Positions 9,516 to 19,092 are shown, numbered from the stretch's first letter. The stretch is 64,000 bases of DNA from Candidatus Desulfaltia bathyphila (GCA_014381545.1 JACNLL010000056.1:26846-90845); one strand, 5' to 3'. Program-made: numbers and translations. The notes: generated from the letters alone by a model not told the origin.

Positions 9516-11099
9516 TTATTGGCTGCTCAGAGTTACTATTTTAACAGATTGATAATAATGTTTTAAAATATCCTGACAACCGAACCCTTTTTGGGCCATC
9601 ATATTGGCGCCCCATTGACTCATGCCAACTCCATGGCCATAACCTTTGCCGATAAAAAGAATGCCGTCATGATCGGGAGTTATTTTTAGAAGCGTGCTTT
9701 TTAATCTGGTTGCTCCAACCTTTATTCTGAAATTATTGCTTTTTAGTTCGGTTGTCCCGTTCTTTGCAATAACCCTTACTCCCAGTAAACGTCCTGATCG
9801 AGACTCACCGGCGGCATTGAGCCCCCTAATCTGTCCAATATTCAGGCCGTACTTGTTCAAACGATTCTGCATATCATTATATGAAACAAAAAATTTCCAT
9901 TCGCCATTTGGAATATTTGCGCTGAAACTGTCAGGAACTCCTTTAAGATACGGCAAGTCCGCGCTCCATACATTTTTTGAATCCTCGGTATGCCCTCCGC
10001 TGCTTGAATGAAAATAGGCGACAATAAGTTTTCCGTTATATGTAATTACCTGACTACGTGTCTCATCAACTGCCAGATTAGACTCCTTTTTTTCAGAGTC
10101 AAATCCTCCATATACCTGTGATGTCGTGGTTGATTCCACATCATACGGTTTGTCGGCGCTTTTATCTTTAATATAAAGAGCATATGTTCTGGCAGCTACT
10201 GCCTGAGCTTTCAGGGCTTCCTTTGCCCAGTTAGGCGGCATTTCTTTTGGCACAACACCATAAAGATACTGTTCAACCGGAATATTATTAATAACAGACA
10301 GCGATTTTGAATCCGCTAATATAGTAAGATCGCCTCTGAATCTGCGATTATCAACCATAATAGTTTTGCCATCGGTTTTGACCATACACATATGGAGATC
10401 AAGCTTCCGGCCATTTGCCGCAAGCTGCTTCCCCTGTTTTGTGAAGGTTACAGGCCCGGAGCTACGATAAATCATTTTCTTTGAAAATGGATTGTGCAGC
10501 GAGATGTTTTGCTCTGAATAAACGGTAATTTTTTCAGCTCTGTTTTTAATCAAAACCCTGATATTTGTATCCTCAACATCCCTCTTATATAAAGGAGCTG
10601 CAGTAATCACTTCAGGTTTCCGGATTTGCGACATCTGAGCCTTCGCGCTGTCAGCCCATACTTCCGCCGATTGTCTGCGCAGGCCATAAGGATATTTTTC
10701 CAGGTATTTTTTAAAAAAAGCATGTGCTCTTTTAAATTTTCCTGTTTCATACAGGACCATTCCGCTGTTAAAAACAGCATCAGAGGCCGCATGGCTGGTC
10801 GGACAGGTTTTAATGATTTTGTCAAATTGTTTTAAAGCAACGTCATACTGATCAAGATAAAGGCTGTAAGTAGTTCCCATGAACAATAATGCCCGCGCTC
10901 TGTTGTCCTGTTTATCCGAATAATCTGAAATCTCCTGATATATGCTTAACGCTTCAAGATACATTCCATTATTAAGCAGTCTGGCGGCTGTCTTAAAACC
11001 TCTAACATCATTATATGCAGCGATAGCTGTTTCTTCTGCATAAACGAAAAACAGGCAAAAAAAACAAAGAAAAAAGATTGAAACCGGTTTTTTTAACAT
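9516..11099 (-). CDS. SpoIID/LytB-domain peptidoglycan-remodelling protein with N-terminal TPR
   Basis: Signal peptide. TPR helices at the N-terminus. SpoIID motifs AQAVAARTYAL and YFHSSSGGHTEDSKNVW. Confidence 0.8.
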   Translation of the reverse strand: MLKKPVSIFFLCFFCLFFVYAEETAIAAYNDVRGFKTAARLLNNGMYLEALSIYQEISDYSDKQDNRARALLFMGTTYSLYLDQYDVALKQFDKIIKTCPTSHAASDAVFNSGMVLYETGKFKRAHAFFKKYLEKYPYGLRRQSAEVWADSAKAQMSQIRKPEVITAAPLYKRDVEDTNIRVLIKNRAEKITVYSEQNISLHNPFSKKMIYRSSGPVTFTKQGKQLAANGRKLDLHMCMVKTDGKTIMVDNRRFRGDLTILADSKSLSVINNIPVEQYLYGVVPKEMPPNWAKEALKAQAVAARTYALYIKDKSADKPYDVESTTTSQVYGGFDSEKKESNLAVDETRSQVITYNGKLIVAYFHSSSGGHTEDSKNVWSADLPYLKGVPDSFSANIPNGEWKFFVSYNDMQNRLNKYGLNIGQIRGLNAAGESRSGRLLGVRVIAKNGTTELKSNNFRIKVGATRLKSTLLKITPDHDGILFIGKGYGHGVGMSQWGANMMAQKGFGCQDILKHYYQSVKIVTLSSQ

Positions 11100-11115
11100 G
11101 ATATAATATTTTTTT

Positions 11116-11185
11116 GACAGGATTTACAGGATGTTCAGGATTAAAAAAACCTCAACTCTCATCCTGTAAATCCTCATCAAAATCC
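11116..11185. repeat. Word-built hairpin (CAGGATT-type)
   Basis: gacaggatttacaggatgttcaggatt faces atcctgtaaatcctcatcaaaatcc. Confidence 0.55.
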
Positions 11186-11197
11186 TTTACGTTGCGT

Positions 11198-11258
11198 TCA
11201 CGCGGCGCAAGCGCCCCTGCCGCGACGGGCGCGAGCACGGCGGGTGCGCTGCTCGTGA
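11198..11258. repeat. GC-rich 60-bp imperfect palindrome, copy A
   Basis: tcacgcggcgcaagcgcccctgccgcgacgggcgcgagcacggcgggtgcgctgctcgtga. Near-identical copy at 28221-28279. Confidence 0.85.
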
Positions 11259-11313
11259 TTTCAACTTTCCGTTCACCAAAATTAATAACCCTGCAAAATA
11301 ATACCCTGACTTT

Positions 11314-11409
11314 GTCATGCCGGACTTGATCCGGCATCCAGCGTATTTTCCTGGATAGCGCTGACGCTTCACTTCGTGTCACTACGTGTCCGGCTTTCGC
11401 CGGAATGAC
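11314..11409. repeat. Inverted pair of GTCAT(T/G)CCGG-type REP-like hairpins
   Basis: gtcatgccggacttgatccggcat (11314-11337). The reverse complement of gtgtccggctttcgccggaatgac (11386-11409) is gtcattccggcgaaagccggacac. Confidence 0.6.
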
Positions 11410-11566
11410 GGCTTTTGAGTATTTAATTGTAAACTCTATATGCACAGCCAATGATTTTCTCAGTCAATTCTCTGTATTTCACCTATATGACTTCCTCAGG
11501 ATTATGATTTACTGGATAGTTAGAGTGAGACTTAACTTTGTTTGTGCACTTTAAACAAAATCTTGT

Positions 11567-13021
11567 TTATCCTGTTATCCTGTCTGATTTTTCCTTTTGC
11601 TTTTGAGGCGCAATTTTGCTGAAATCTATTCTTTTGAATTCAGAAACAATTATATAAGAGATAACCAATTGTATCATAATGGTAAATGGTTTGATGAGGA
11701 TGTTGAAATAATAGAAAATTAAAAAAAGGGCTGCATATAGAAATACAAGCTGTAAAAGGACAGGCGCAAGACGCTGCCGTGTTTCAGAAAACAAAAGAAA
11801 AAATATTCTTAAGCCATAGCTTCTGTCACGCATGGATTTGAATGAGTTGTAAGAGCCTTTGATAATTGGTATCTTAAGAAACGCATTGCCGAACTTGGTA
11901 ACAAGCGCCACGCTGGAGATATAACTAACCGCCCTTTTTATGAGCGGTAATTCGTGGCGGCAATAAAACAGGTATGTATAAAAAAAAGAAGCAAAAAATA
12001 TTAGAAGATAATAAGAGGTTCCCGCAATTTCATTAATGAAATTATTATAGGCCATATTCAGAAACAGGTTTGCGTGAATCATTATTCCGCTGACATAGCC
12101 GAATAGCGGGACCAGCTTATTGTCGCCAAGGCCTGTGGCCGTTGCAGCAATAAATACAACTTTATCATTAAAAAAACGACCGGGCACACGACCAGCCCAG
12201 ACATCGTAAAACGATATTTCTCTTATTTTGTATGTATTATCAATATTTACAAACGCTCTGCAATGCTTATCAACAGGAATTGCTGTCTTGCCTGTTATTA
12301 CCCTGTTGTTTTTAATTCTTATCTTAGAGCGCGGGATATTATTTATGCTTCTAAATACCTCAAGCGATATTGTCGGATAGAGCCTGTCGCGTAATTTGAA
12401 AAGGATCGGCATCTTCCTTAATATCCCATCATTATCCGGATATGCATTCGCGAGGCCTATTCCTTTCAGGGAAGAAAGCACAAAAGGAGCCATTGATTCA
12501 AAACCGTTTTCGCTTACAAATTTCATGTCCTGTTTGCCGGAGATATTGTCTGCAAGCGGTTTGAACATTTGTTTTGATCGATCATGAGCAGACCCGAAAA
12601 CAACCGAAAAGACCGGCCCCTTTTTCATAATTTCAGAAAACCGCCTGTCCACATCCGGATCATCATGGGGATCACCAAAAAAGATGTCGTAAGCCACCGC
12701 GGCGGGTTTGCCTTTAAGTATATTTGCAAGCAGATCTATGTGATATCTTCGATACCTGGAAGGATTATAAGCGCCGAGCCTGTTTAAGGTTCTGTCGTCG
12801 ATCCCGACAATAACGACATTGCTCTGAACGGCCTTTTTATTCTCGTTGAGCCGCTCCCGGATTAACAAAAATTGAGAATAAAGGGTATTGTCTATCTGTG
12901 TGAGTATGTTGTAGGCAATGCCTTTAAACAGAATAGAAATAAAGAGAACGGAAAATCCCACAACAGCAAGGGAAAAAATAATGCTATATTTTTTGTATGT
13001 TGAATGGCGAGATTCCAGCAT
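11567..13021 (-). CDS. CHASE2-domain membrane protein without recognisable output domain
   Basis: N-terminal TM, then VVIVGIDDRTLNRLG...AAVAYDIFFGDP (CHASE2-like), then several C-terminal TM helices. No cyclase or kinase motifs. Confidence 0.65.
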   Translation of the reverse strand: MLESRHSTYKKYSIIFSLAVVGFSVLFISILFKGIAYNILTQIDNTLYSQFLLIRERLNENKKAVQSNVVIVGIDDRTLNRLGAYNPSRYRRYHIDLLANILKGKPAAVAYDIFFGDPHDDPDVDRRFSEIMKKGPVFSVVFGSAHDRSKQMFKPLADNISGKQDMKFVSENGFESMAPFVLSSLKGIGLANAYPDNDGILRKMPILFKLRDRLYPTISLEVFRSINNIPRSKIRIKNNRVITGKTAIPVDKHCRAFVNIDNTYKIREISFYDVWAGRVPGRFFNDKVVFIAATATGLGDNKLVPLFGYVSGIMIHANLFLNMAYNNFINEIAGTSYYLLIFFASFFYTYLFYCRHELPLIKRAVSYISSVALVTKFGNAFLKIPIIKGSYNSFKSMRDRSYGLRIFFLLFSETRQRLAPVLLQLVFLYAALFLIFYYFNILIKPFTIMIQLVISYIIVSEFKRIDFSKIAPQKQKEKSDRITG

Positions 13022-13043
13022 TTACCGTCCATCCTTTTGCCGG

Positions 13044-13775
13044 TCATGTATGATCATTGTCACGAGCCATATTCCATCTTATCCATTGATCTTCCATAAT
13101 GCTGTTAATATTGAAATCTTTTTTTTCATATTTTCCATTTGAATCGATTGTAATCTGCTGAAAGGCTTTTACAATTTCTACCCACCTTTCCATGGACACC
13201 GGATGCGGTCCGGCTATTGGCTTAGGCTCTAATATAGAAGCATCCGGCTTAGGTTTTGGCTTATCAAATAAAGCGCTCCAGGTTGCCACAACCCCCTTAT
13301 GGACACTGATTCGCGTCTGTTCATCATCTGTATCAACCCTGAACTTTGTTCCGCGTATTGCGCAAACAGCTTTATTAGTTCTGACCTTAAAGCTGTCAGA
13401 TTTTGCAAGGATCTTGCGGGCGTTTAACCACATTTTCCCTGAAGACAGAAATAAGGAAACTTCTTTAGCGGTTTTGCTTACCATACATTTTTCAAATTGC
13501 TGGAAGGAATTTTCATCCATTCTAACAAGAGTGCCGTCTTCAAGGGTAATTTCACAGCGTGATTCCGCCTCTGTCCTGATTTGATCACCTTGATGGATTT
13601 TCATATCAAAATCCGCATTAACCCAGGCGGTTTTGTCATGAGAAACAAATACATCTCCCATCATAAATGTTACAGCGCCGGCTACTTGCCGGTTTGGCCC
13701 TGCAAATGACGGAAAAGAAGCCAGGCACAAACATATAACCAAACTTATTTTAGATAATTTTTTCATTTTAAGCAT
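13044..13775 (-). CDS. FecR-domain exported protein
   Basis: Signal peptide. GAVTFMMGDVFVSHDKTAWVNADFDMKIHQGDQIRTEAESRCEITLEDGTLVRMDENS matches the FecR pattern. Confidence 0.6.
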   Translation of the reverse strand: MLKMKKLSKISLVICLCLASFPSFAGPNRQVAGAVTFMMGDVFVSHDKTAWVNADFDMKIHQGDQIRTEAESRCEITLEDGTLVRMDENSFQQFEKCMVSKTAKEVSLFLSSGKMWLNARKILAKSDSFKVRTNKAVCAIRGTKFRVDTDDEQTRISVHKGVVATWSALFDKPKPKPDASILEPKPIAGPHPVSMERWVEIVKAFQQITIDSNGKYEKKDFNINSIMEDQWIRWNMARDNDHT

Positions 13776-13781
13776 ATTTCA

Positions 13782-13919
13782 TCCTCGTTCCTAATTCACG
13801 AATCGCCCGGTAAAACAAGAAGCTCCCCGCACCTGTTAAATTAATTCTTAGCCACAGACACACACGGAAAAACACCGACTTTCATTATCCATTCTCACGC
13901 TGGAGCGTGGGAACGAGGA
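13782..13919. repeat. REP-like inverted repeat with internal hairpin
   Basis: tcctcgttcc (13782-13791) pairs with ggaacgagga (13910-13919). Hairpin tctcacgctggagcgtggga lies at 13893-13912. A word run taattcctaaattcctgaatcccttaattcctaaatcc follows at 13998-14036. Confidence 0.5.
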
Positions 13920-14041
13920 AATATGTTATCTGCCTTTCCCTTTTAGGCAACACAATACCTGATATTGTAATTTAGGACACAAGGGGATTATTGATTTTAA
14001 TTCCTAAATTCCTGAATCCCTTAATTCCTAAATCCATCACT

Positions 14042-16285
14042 CTACTTGGTTTTCATGGTAAATGCCCCATCCCAATCTTTTGGAGGGGGTGTGATTTTAT
14101 ATTCATCACACCTGAGAAGCATGGCTTTACTTGGACTATCGTCAGGCGTCAACTCCAATGCTACCTTAAAAAAACTTCCGGCTTTTTCCCAATCCTGATT
14201 TCTGTATGCATAAAGGCCGTTGGTGTAATTTTCTATTGTCTTACTCATGCGTTCATCAATATCTTTTGGATAACCTAAAAGCTGATAAACCGTTACCGGT
14301 TCTTTTTTCCCCACAACATTTATCGAATCAATTTCCCTTGCCATTATTTTATTGCCGGCTGCCCTGTAAGTCGTTTCACTAATCAGCGTGTAAATTCCGT
14401 ATATTTTGTTAACCCCTTCCAGCCTTGCAGCAATGTTAACCGTATCTCCCATCATTGTATAGTCCATGCGTGTTTTTGATCCCATGTTGCCCACAACAGC
14501 CGCACCCGTGCAAAGACCGATCCGCATATAAAGTTCCGGCTTGCCTGATATTCTCCAGCCTTCTCTTAGTTCAGACAGCCTTTTTTGCATGTCAATGCAA
14601 GCCATGCATGCTATTTCTTCCTGATTTTCAAGCTCGTTAGGGGCTCCAAAAAATGCGATTATAGCATCACCTTCAAATTTATCCACCGTTCCTTCATATT
14701 TAAGGATTATGCTTGTCATTTCTGTAAGGAATTCGTTTAACAGTTCAACCAGCTCCTTTGGAGTCAGTCCTTCGGAAATGCTTGTAAAACCCTGGATGTC
14801 TGAAAAAAACGCTGTAATTACACGTTCTTCACCACCCAACACAAGCTTTTCAGGAGACTCGATAAGCTGTTTGACAACCGTGGGGGCAAGATAAGTAGAA
14901 AAAGCATTTTTGATAAATCTTTTTTGCCTTGACTCTGTAAAATATTTGTATGCGGTTATACTGATATATACTAAAATTATTACGGTCAGAGGATAAACAA
15001 GGTTGAGAATTAAGCCCTTTTGAGAAAATAGATACTGACACAGAAATATATGGCCGATAAACAATGAGAAAGCGGCTGCAGCGCCTGATATGCCGCCTGC
15101 TTTAGGGAGCACAAACCCGAGGATAAGTCCGGCAACAATTATTGCCATGATGTCAAAAATAGCGGCCCAGGCCGGCTGATACATAAAATCCTTTGAAAGG
15201 ATGCTGTCTGCGACATTTGCATGGATTTCAACACCTGGAAAAACAGTTCCAAATGGAGTAACCCTTAAATCATATATTCCGACAGCCGTGGCGCCTACTA
15301 TTACAATTTTGTCTTTCACAACAGTATCGGCTATATTGTTATTTAATATATCTGTAACCGGTATATGAGGAAAGGTTTTCTCTGCTCCTCTGTAATTTAT
15401 CAAAATTCGTCCCAGCTCATCTGTCGGTACCGCTAATTTCCCGATTTGCACTCTTTCCACGCCATATTCACCAATATTCATTGAAATCGGACTTTCTAAA
15501 TAAGCGCTGACAGTAATCAGCGACAAAGGAGCGTACAACGTCTCCATGTACTTTAAGATACCTGGCATCCATCGCACAACCCCGTCTTTGTCAGGCAACA
15601 TATTGAAGAATCCACAATAATCGGTTGCGGATGAAATAATTTCTATATTAGATTGAGGTGTTCCGGCTTCAATAAGCGCTATATTCTGAGCAGATCCGGA
15701 AGCATAACGTATAAATTTATACTTGGAACCTGAAATGTTATCCTGGTGAATGCTGATTTCGTTTTCGCTGATATGACTTGATTCAGTGGAATCCATGTGG
15801 AAAAAATATCCCAGCACTATCTTGGCAGTGGAATTTCTTATAGCATCGGCAAGGAGTTGATCGTTGTTTGCATGCTTTTTTAGATTTTTCAGGTAGTTGT
15901 CAATTTCCTTTTTTCGAATATCGTGATTGTGAATTGTGCGTTGTATCTCATTTATGGTGTTTACAATTTTTTTATCATCAGGCTCCAAAAATCCGATATC
16001 AAATGCTATTACCCTGGCGCCGGCTTTTGACAGCTTTGTAACAAGATTTGCGATTTTTGACCTTGGCCATACCCACTTTCCCTCTTTACTAATGCTTTTT
16101 TCATCAATAACTGCCAGAACCACATCAGGGCCCGGGGAAATTTGTCCTCTGGCCTCAAATCTTAAATCAATGGTTTTTAATTCCATTAGATCAAGAAAGG
16201 ATATCCCTTGCAAATAGGCAAGGATTCCGATGAATATGGCAAACATAGAAATGAGAAGAGGATAGAGTAAAGCGATTTTTTTCAT
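14042..16285 (-). CDS. CHASE2-sensor class III adenylate/guanylate cyclase
   Basis: TM, then a CHASE2 region (VVLAVIDEKSISKEG...VIAFDIGF), TM cluster, then cyclase core ITAFFSDIQGFTSISE...KFEGDAIIAFFGAP...GTAVVGNMGS. Start moved to MKKIALLYPL. Confidence 0.85.
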   Translation of the reverse strand: MKKIALLYPLLISMFAIFIGILAYLQGISFLDLMELKTIDLRFEARGQISPGPDVVLAVIDEKSISKEGKWVWPRSKIANLVTKLSKAGARVIAFDIGFLEPDDKKIVNTINEIQRTIHNHDIRKKEIDNYLKNLKKHANNDQLLADAIRNSTAKIVLGYFFHMDSTESSHISENEISIHQDNISGSKYKFIRYASGSAQNIALIEAGTPQSNIEIISSATDYCGFFNMLPDKDGVVRWMPGILKYMETLYAPLSLITVSAYLESPISMNIGEYGVERVQIGKLAVPTDELGRILINYRGAEKTFPHIPVTDILNNNIADTVVKDKIVIVGATAVGIYDLRVTPFGTVFPGVEIHANVADSILSKDFMYQPAWAAIFDIMAIIVAGLILGFVLPKAGGISGAAAAFSLFIGHIFLCQYLFSQKGLILNLVYPLTVIILVYISITAYKYFTESRQKRFIKNAFSTYLAPTVVKQLIESPEKLVLGGEERVITAFFSDIQGFTSISEGLTPKELVELLNEFLTEMTSIILKYEGTVDKFEGDAIIAFFGAPNELENQEEIACMACIDMQKRLSELREGWRISGKPELYMRIGLCTGAAVVGNMGSKTRMDYTMMGDTVNIAARLEGVNKIYGIYTLISETTYRAAGNKIMAREIDSINVVGKKEPVTVYQLLGYPKDIDERMSKTIENYTNGLYAYRNQDWEKAGSFFKVALELTPDDSPSKAMLLRCDEYKITPPPKDWDGAFTMKTK

Positions 16286-16398
16286 AAGCAAAACCGTATA
16301 GGATGAGACATGTTCAATTTTGTTGACCTGTATGATTTTTATATTGTAATACTTGCTGAAAGTCAACAATACGCAACAAGTAACGAGTAACGAGCAAT

Positions 16399-17175
16399 AT
16401 GTATCAAATAGCGGGTTACATAGGCAGAAAAACCTTAAAATCTGTCAACCATATTCTGGATCTATTTGCCTTTACTTACAGAATACTCGATCTGATCCTT
16501 CAAAGACCAAAAGAAGGTAGAGTTCTTGTCAGAAGAGTTGTTCTGGAACAGATATATTTTACGGCTGTGCAAGCCCTTCCCCTGCTTATTCCGATCGCTC
16601 TTATTGTTGGGAGCATGCTTATTATACAATTTGCCAAGATCTCTAATCAATACGACATAGGCACAACAATGGTGCTGTTAATTGTGAGAGAATTAGGCCC
16701 CGGTATTACAGCTCTTTTGGTGATATTGAGATCAGCTACTTCAGTAACTATAGAGATCGGCTACATGAAGATTTTTCATGAAATAGATACGATTGAAATG
16801 GCAGGCATTAATCCCATACGAACAATTTGTCTGCCAAGATTGATAGGGATCACATCCGCCATACTTTGTCTTTTTATCGTTTTTGACCTGGTGTCCATTA
16901 TCGGAGGTTATGGAGTAGTATGGGTCTTTACACATATTTATTTAGGCGACTTTCTTGGACAGATTGCAAAAGCCGTAACTCCGACAGATATTATTGTAGG
17001 AATTGTAAAAGCCCTGTGTTTTGGAATTATTATTACCGTAACATGTCTCTATCACGGATTCAGCATAGAAAAAAATATTACAGGCCTGCCGGTAGCAACA
17101 TCAAAAGCAGCCATTGAGTGTTTTTTTTACTGTCTGGTGATAAATGTCATTATATCAATAATATTTTACATATAA
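16399..17175 (+). CDS. mlaE: MlaE-family ABC transporter permease
   Basis: 258 aa with multiple TM helices. The N-terminal cytoplasmic segment and EQIYFTAVQALPLLIPIALIVGSMLI are typical of MlaE/TTG2B permeases. Confidence 0.75.
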   Translation: MYQIAGYIGRKTLKSVNHILDLFAFTYRILDLILQRPKEGRVLVRRVVLEQIYFTAVQALPLLIPIALIVGSMLIIQFAKISNQYDIGTTMVLLIVRELGPGITALLVILRSATSVTIEIGYMKIFHEIDTIEMAGINPIRTICLPRLIGITSAILCLFIVFDLVSIIGGYGVVWVFTHIYLGDFLGQIAKAVTPTDIIVGIVKALCFGIIITVTCLYHGFSIEKNITGLPVATSKAAIECFFYCLVINVIISIIFYI

Positions 17176-17178
17176 AGT

Positions 17179-17260
17179 ATTGAGGAATTGCGAATTGAGG
17201 GATTGAGGGATTAAAATTAGTAGAATACCTTTAAATCCTAAATTCCCCAATTCCTAAATA
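17179..17260. repeat. Word-built hairpin (GAGGAAT/GAGGGAT versus ATTCC/ATCC)
   Basis: attgaggaattgcgaattgagggattgagggattaaa faces tttaaatcctaaattccccaattcctaaata, with a 15-nt loop. Confidence 0.6.
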
Positions 17261-17312
17261 TCTTTCTGTCTTGGTGGCTGAACTATTATGGTTTTGTTTG
17301 TTAAGGATTTAA

Positions 17313-17978
17313 ATGAAGTTAATCGAGCTTTCAGATTATACACTTGCTCCAATTGGTCAAGGAAACGGCCTTAACCAATTCTATTTTGACCTGTCAAAGG
17401 GGGATGTATGTTCCATACAGGCAGATCTGCCGGATGACGCACACCTGCTTCTAAAGGCTATTGCAATGCTTGAGCATCCAACAGAGGGCGCTTATCGATT
17501 TATGGGGAAAAAAATTAATTTTTCAGACCAGAGAAATCTTCTTCCATATAAGAAAAAAATAGGTTATATTACTATAGACGCATCGATGATCAGCAATATG
17601 AGTATCAGGGAAAATCTTCTATTGATGAGATACTATTTTGAAAATTCACTTTCCCTTGATATAAAGGATAATGTCAAAAACTTATGCGCTGTTTTCGATA
17701 TTTATGACAAACTGGATATGCGTCCTGGTGAACTCAGGCCGACGGAGCTGCGAAGCGCCATTGTAATCAGAGAGCTTGCCAAGTCGCCTGACATACTGCT
17801 GTTTGAGCGGCCTGAGGATTTCATCAGGCATGAAAAATTTGATCTCTTTGTTAAGCTCTTTAAAGAAATGTTGTTAGCCGGACTCCCCGTTGTTTTTATT
17901 TCTTATCACACTGATTTTGTTAAAGAGTTTTCAAACAGGAATATACTTATTTCAGGCGGAAACTTGATGGCGTCGTAA
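17313..17978 (+). CDS. ABC nucleotide-binding-domain homologue with all catalytic motifs degenerate (pseudo-ATPase, MlaF position)
   Basis: Length and order match an NBD. Walker A position reads ADLPDDAH (no G/K/S/T). Signature LSGGQ position reads LRPTELRS. Walker B reads ILLFERP (DE to ER). H-loop His is retained (SYHTD). Confidence 0.7.
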   Translation: MKLIELSDYTLAPIGQGNGLNQFYFDLSKGDVCSIQADLPDDAHLLLKAIAMLEHPTEGAYRFMGKKINFSDQRNLLPYKKKIGYITIDASMISNMSIRENLLLMRYYFENSLSLDIKDNVKNLCAVFDIYDKLDMRPGELRPTELRSAIVIRELAKSPDILLFERPEDFIRHEKFDLFVKLFKEMLLAGLPVVFISYHTDFVKEFSNRNILISGGNLMAS

Positions 17979-18050
17979 AAAAGTCTCATCTACTGCGTTG
18001 CAGTGATTTTTACTTAGCCATCTATAGTAACATCTTGGACTTTTTACGAG
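17971..18050. repeat. REP-like inverted repeat (CGTAAAAAGTC type) between the NBD-like and MCE genes
   Basis: cgtcgtaaaaaagtc (17971-17985) pairs with ggactttttacgag (18037-18050). Related words occur at 9497-9506 and 26663-26675. Confidence 0.5.
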
Positions 18051-18093
18051 TTCATCAAAAATTAGAGAACAGGAGCCATACAATAAAATAGCC

Positions 18094-19092
18094 ATGGACT
18101 TAAATTTTAGCAAAAAAGAAAAAACAGTTGGAACATTTATAATCTGCATCATAGTTATACTGCTGACTACTGTGGTGATTATCGGCAGAGGTAAAGACTG
18201 GTTCAAAACATATATTATATATTATACTACTTTTGACGAAAGTTATAATCTTAAAGAAGATGCTGCTGTAAAACTATTTAAAGCAGATATAGGAAAAGTA
18301 AAAAAAATTATACTTGTTGAAAACAAAGTTAAGGTTAAGCTGGCTATTTTAGAGGAATATTCTTCCAGAATAAGAAGCGATTCTGTTGCAATTGTGGAAA
18401 GCCCGACATTTATCGGGTCTGAATATATTTCCATTAAACCAGGAAGCGCCGACAGCCCCCTGATACCCGAGGGCGGAGAAATCAATTCCACGGCAAAAAA
18501 ATCAATATCAGACCTCATGTCAGAGTTTCAGGTTGAAGAAACAGCTAAAAAGGTTATCGGGATGGTCCAGGATATCTCAGAAATAACGCAAATAATGCGC
18601 GATCCCAATGGCCCTTTTTTTACAACCGTCAACAACTTAAACAAAACTGTTTCTCATCTTGAAGCTATTACCGGTGATATACAGGCCGGCAAGGGGACTG
18701 CCGGCAGTATACTAAAATCCAGGGAAGTCCTGCAAATCATACTTGATGATCTTGACAAAGTAACTCAGATTCTGGAAAGCATTACCGAGGCATCTTCAAA
18801 AACACCTGAAATAACAAATAAGGTTCAGGATAATCTTGCGACAATAAAGAAGGTTGGAGAGGAAGTATTGGATAGCATCTCAAGCATTAAAAGGATCTTG
18901 AAAGAGGTGGAAGAAGGGAGCCATGATATACCGGAGGTTACGCGATCTACAAAAAGAGGAATTAACGAAATCAGAGATGGAGTAGAAAACATAGATAAGG
19001 TCGTTGATTCGCTTAAGAAAAATTTTTTGATAAAGCCGAATCTTCCGCCCGAACCAAAAGGCAAAAATATTGACGCCGGCTTGCGGCAATAA
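18094..19092 (+). CDS. MCE/MlaD-domain protein with long helical C-terminal extension
   Basis: One N-terminal TM. MCE-like beta region (YTTFDESYNLKEDAAVKLFKADIGKVKKIILVENKVKVKLAI). About 200 aa of heptad-like helical sequence follows to the C-terminus. Confidence 0.75.
   Translation: MDLNFSKKEKTVGTFIICIIVILLTTVVIIGRGKDWFKTYIIYYTTFDESYNLKEDAAVKLFKADIGKVKKIILVENKVKVKLAILEEYSSRIRSDSVAIVESPTFIGSEYISIKPGSADSPLIPEGGEINSTAKKSISDLMSEFQVEETAKKVIGMVQDISEITQIMRDPNGPFFTTVNNLNKTVSHLEAITGDIQAGKGTAGSILKSREVLQIILDDLDKVTQILESITEASSKTPEITNKVQDNLATIKKVGEEVLDSISSIKRILKEVEEGSHDIPEVTRSTKRGINEIRDGVENIDKVVDSLKKNFLIKPNLPPEPKGKNIDAGLRQ

Noticed and set aside
11152-11451. 99-aa and 61-aa ORFs in the spoIID/CHASE2 intergenic region
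   Set aside because: They are read-through of stacked palindromic repeats (the GC-rich element and GTCATTCCGG-type hairpins). There is no RBS or domain signal, and the peptide motifs are typical repeat artefacts.
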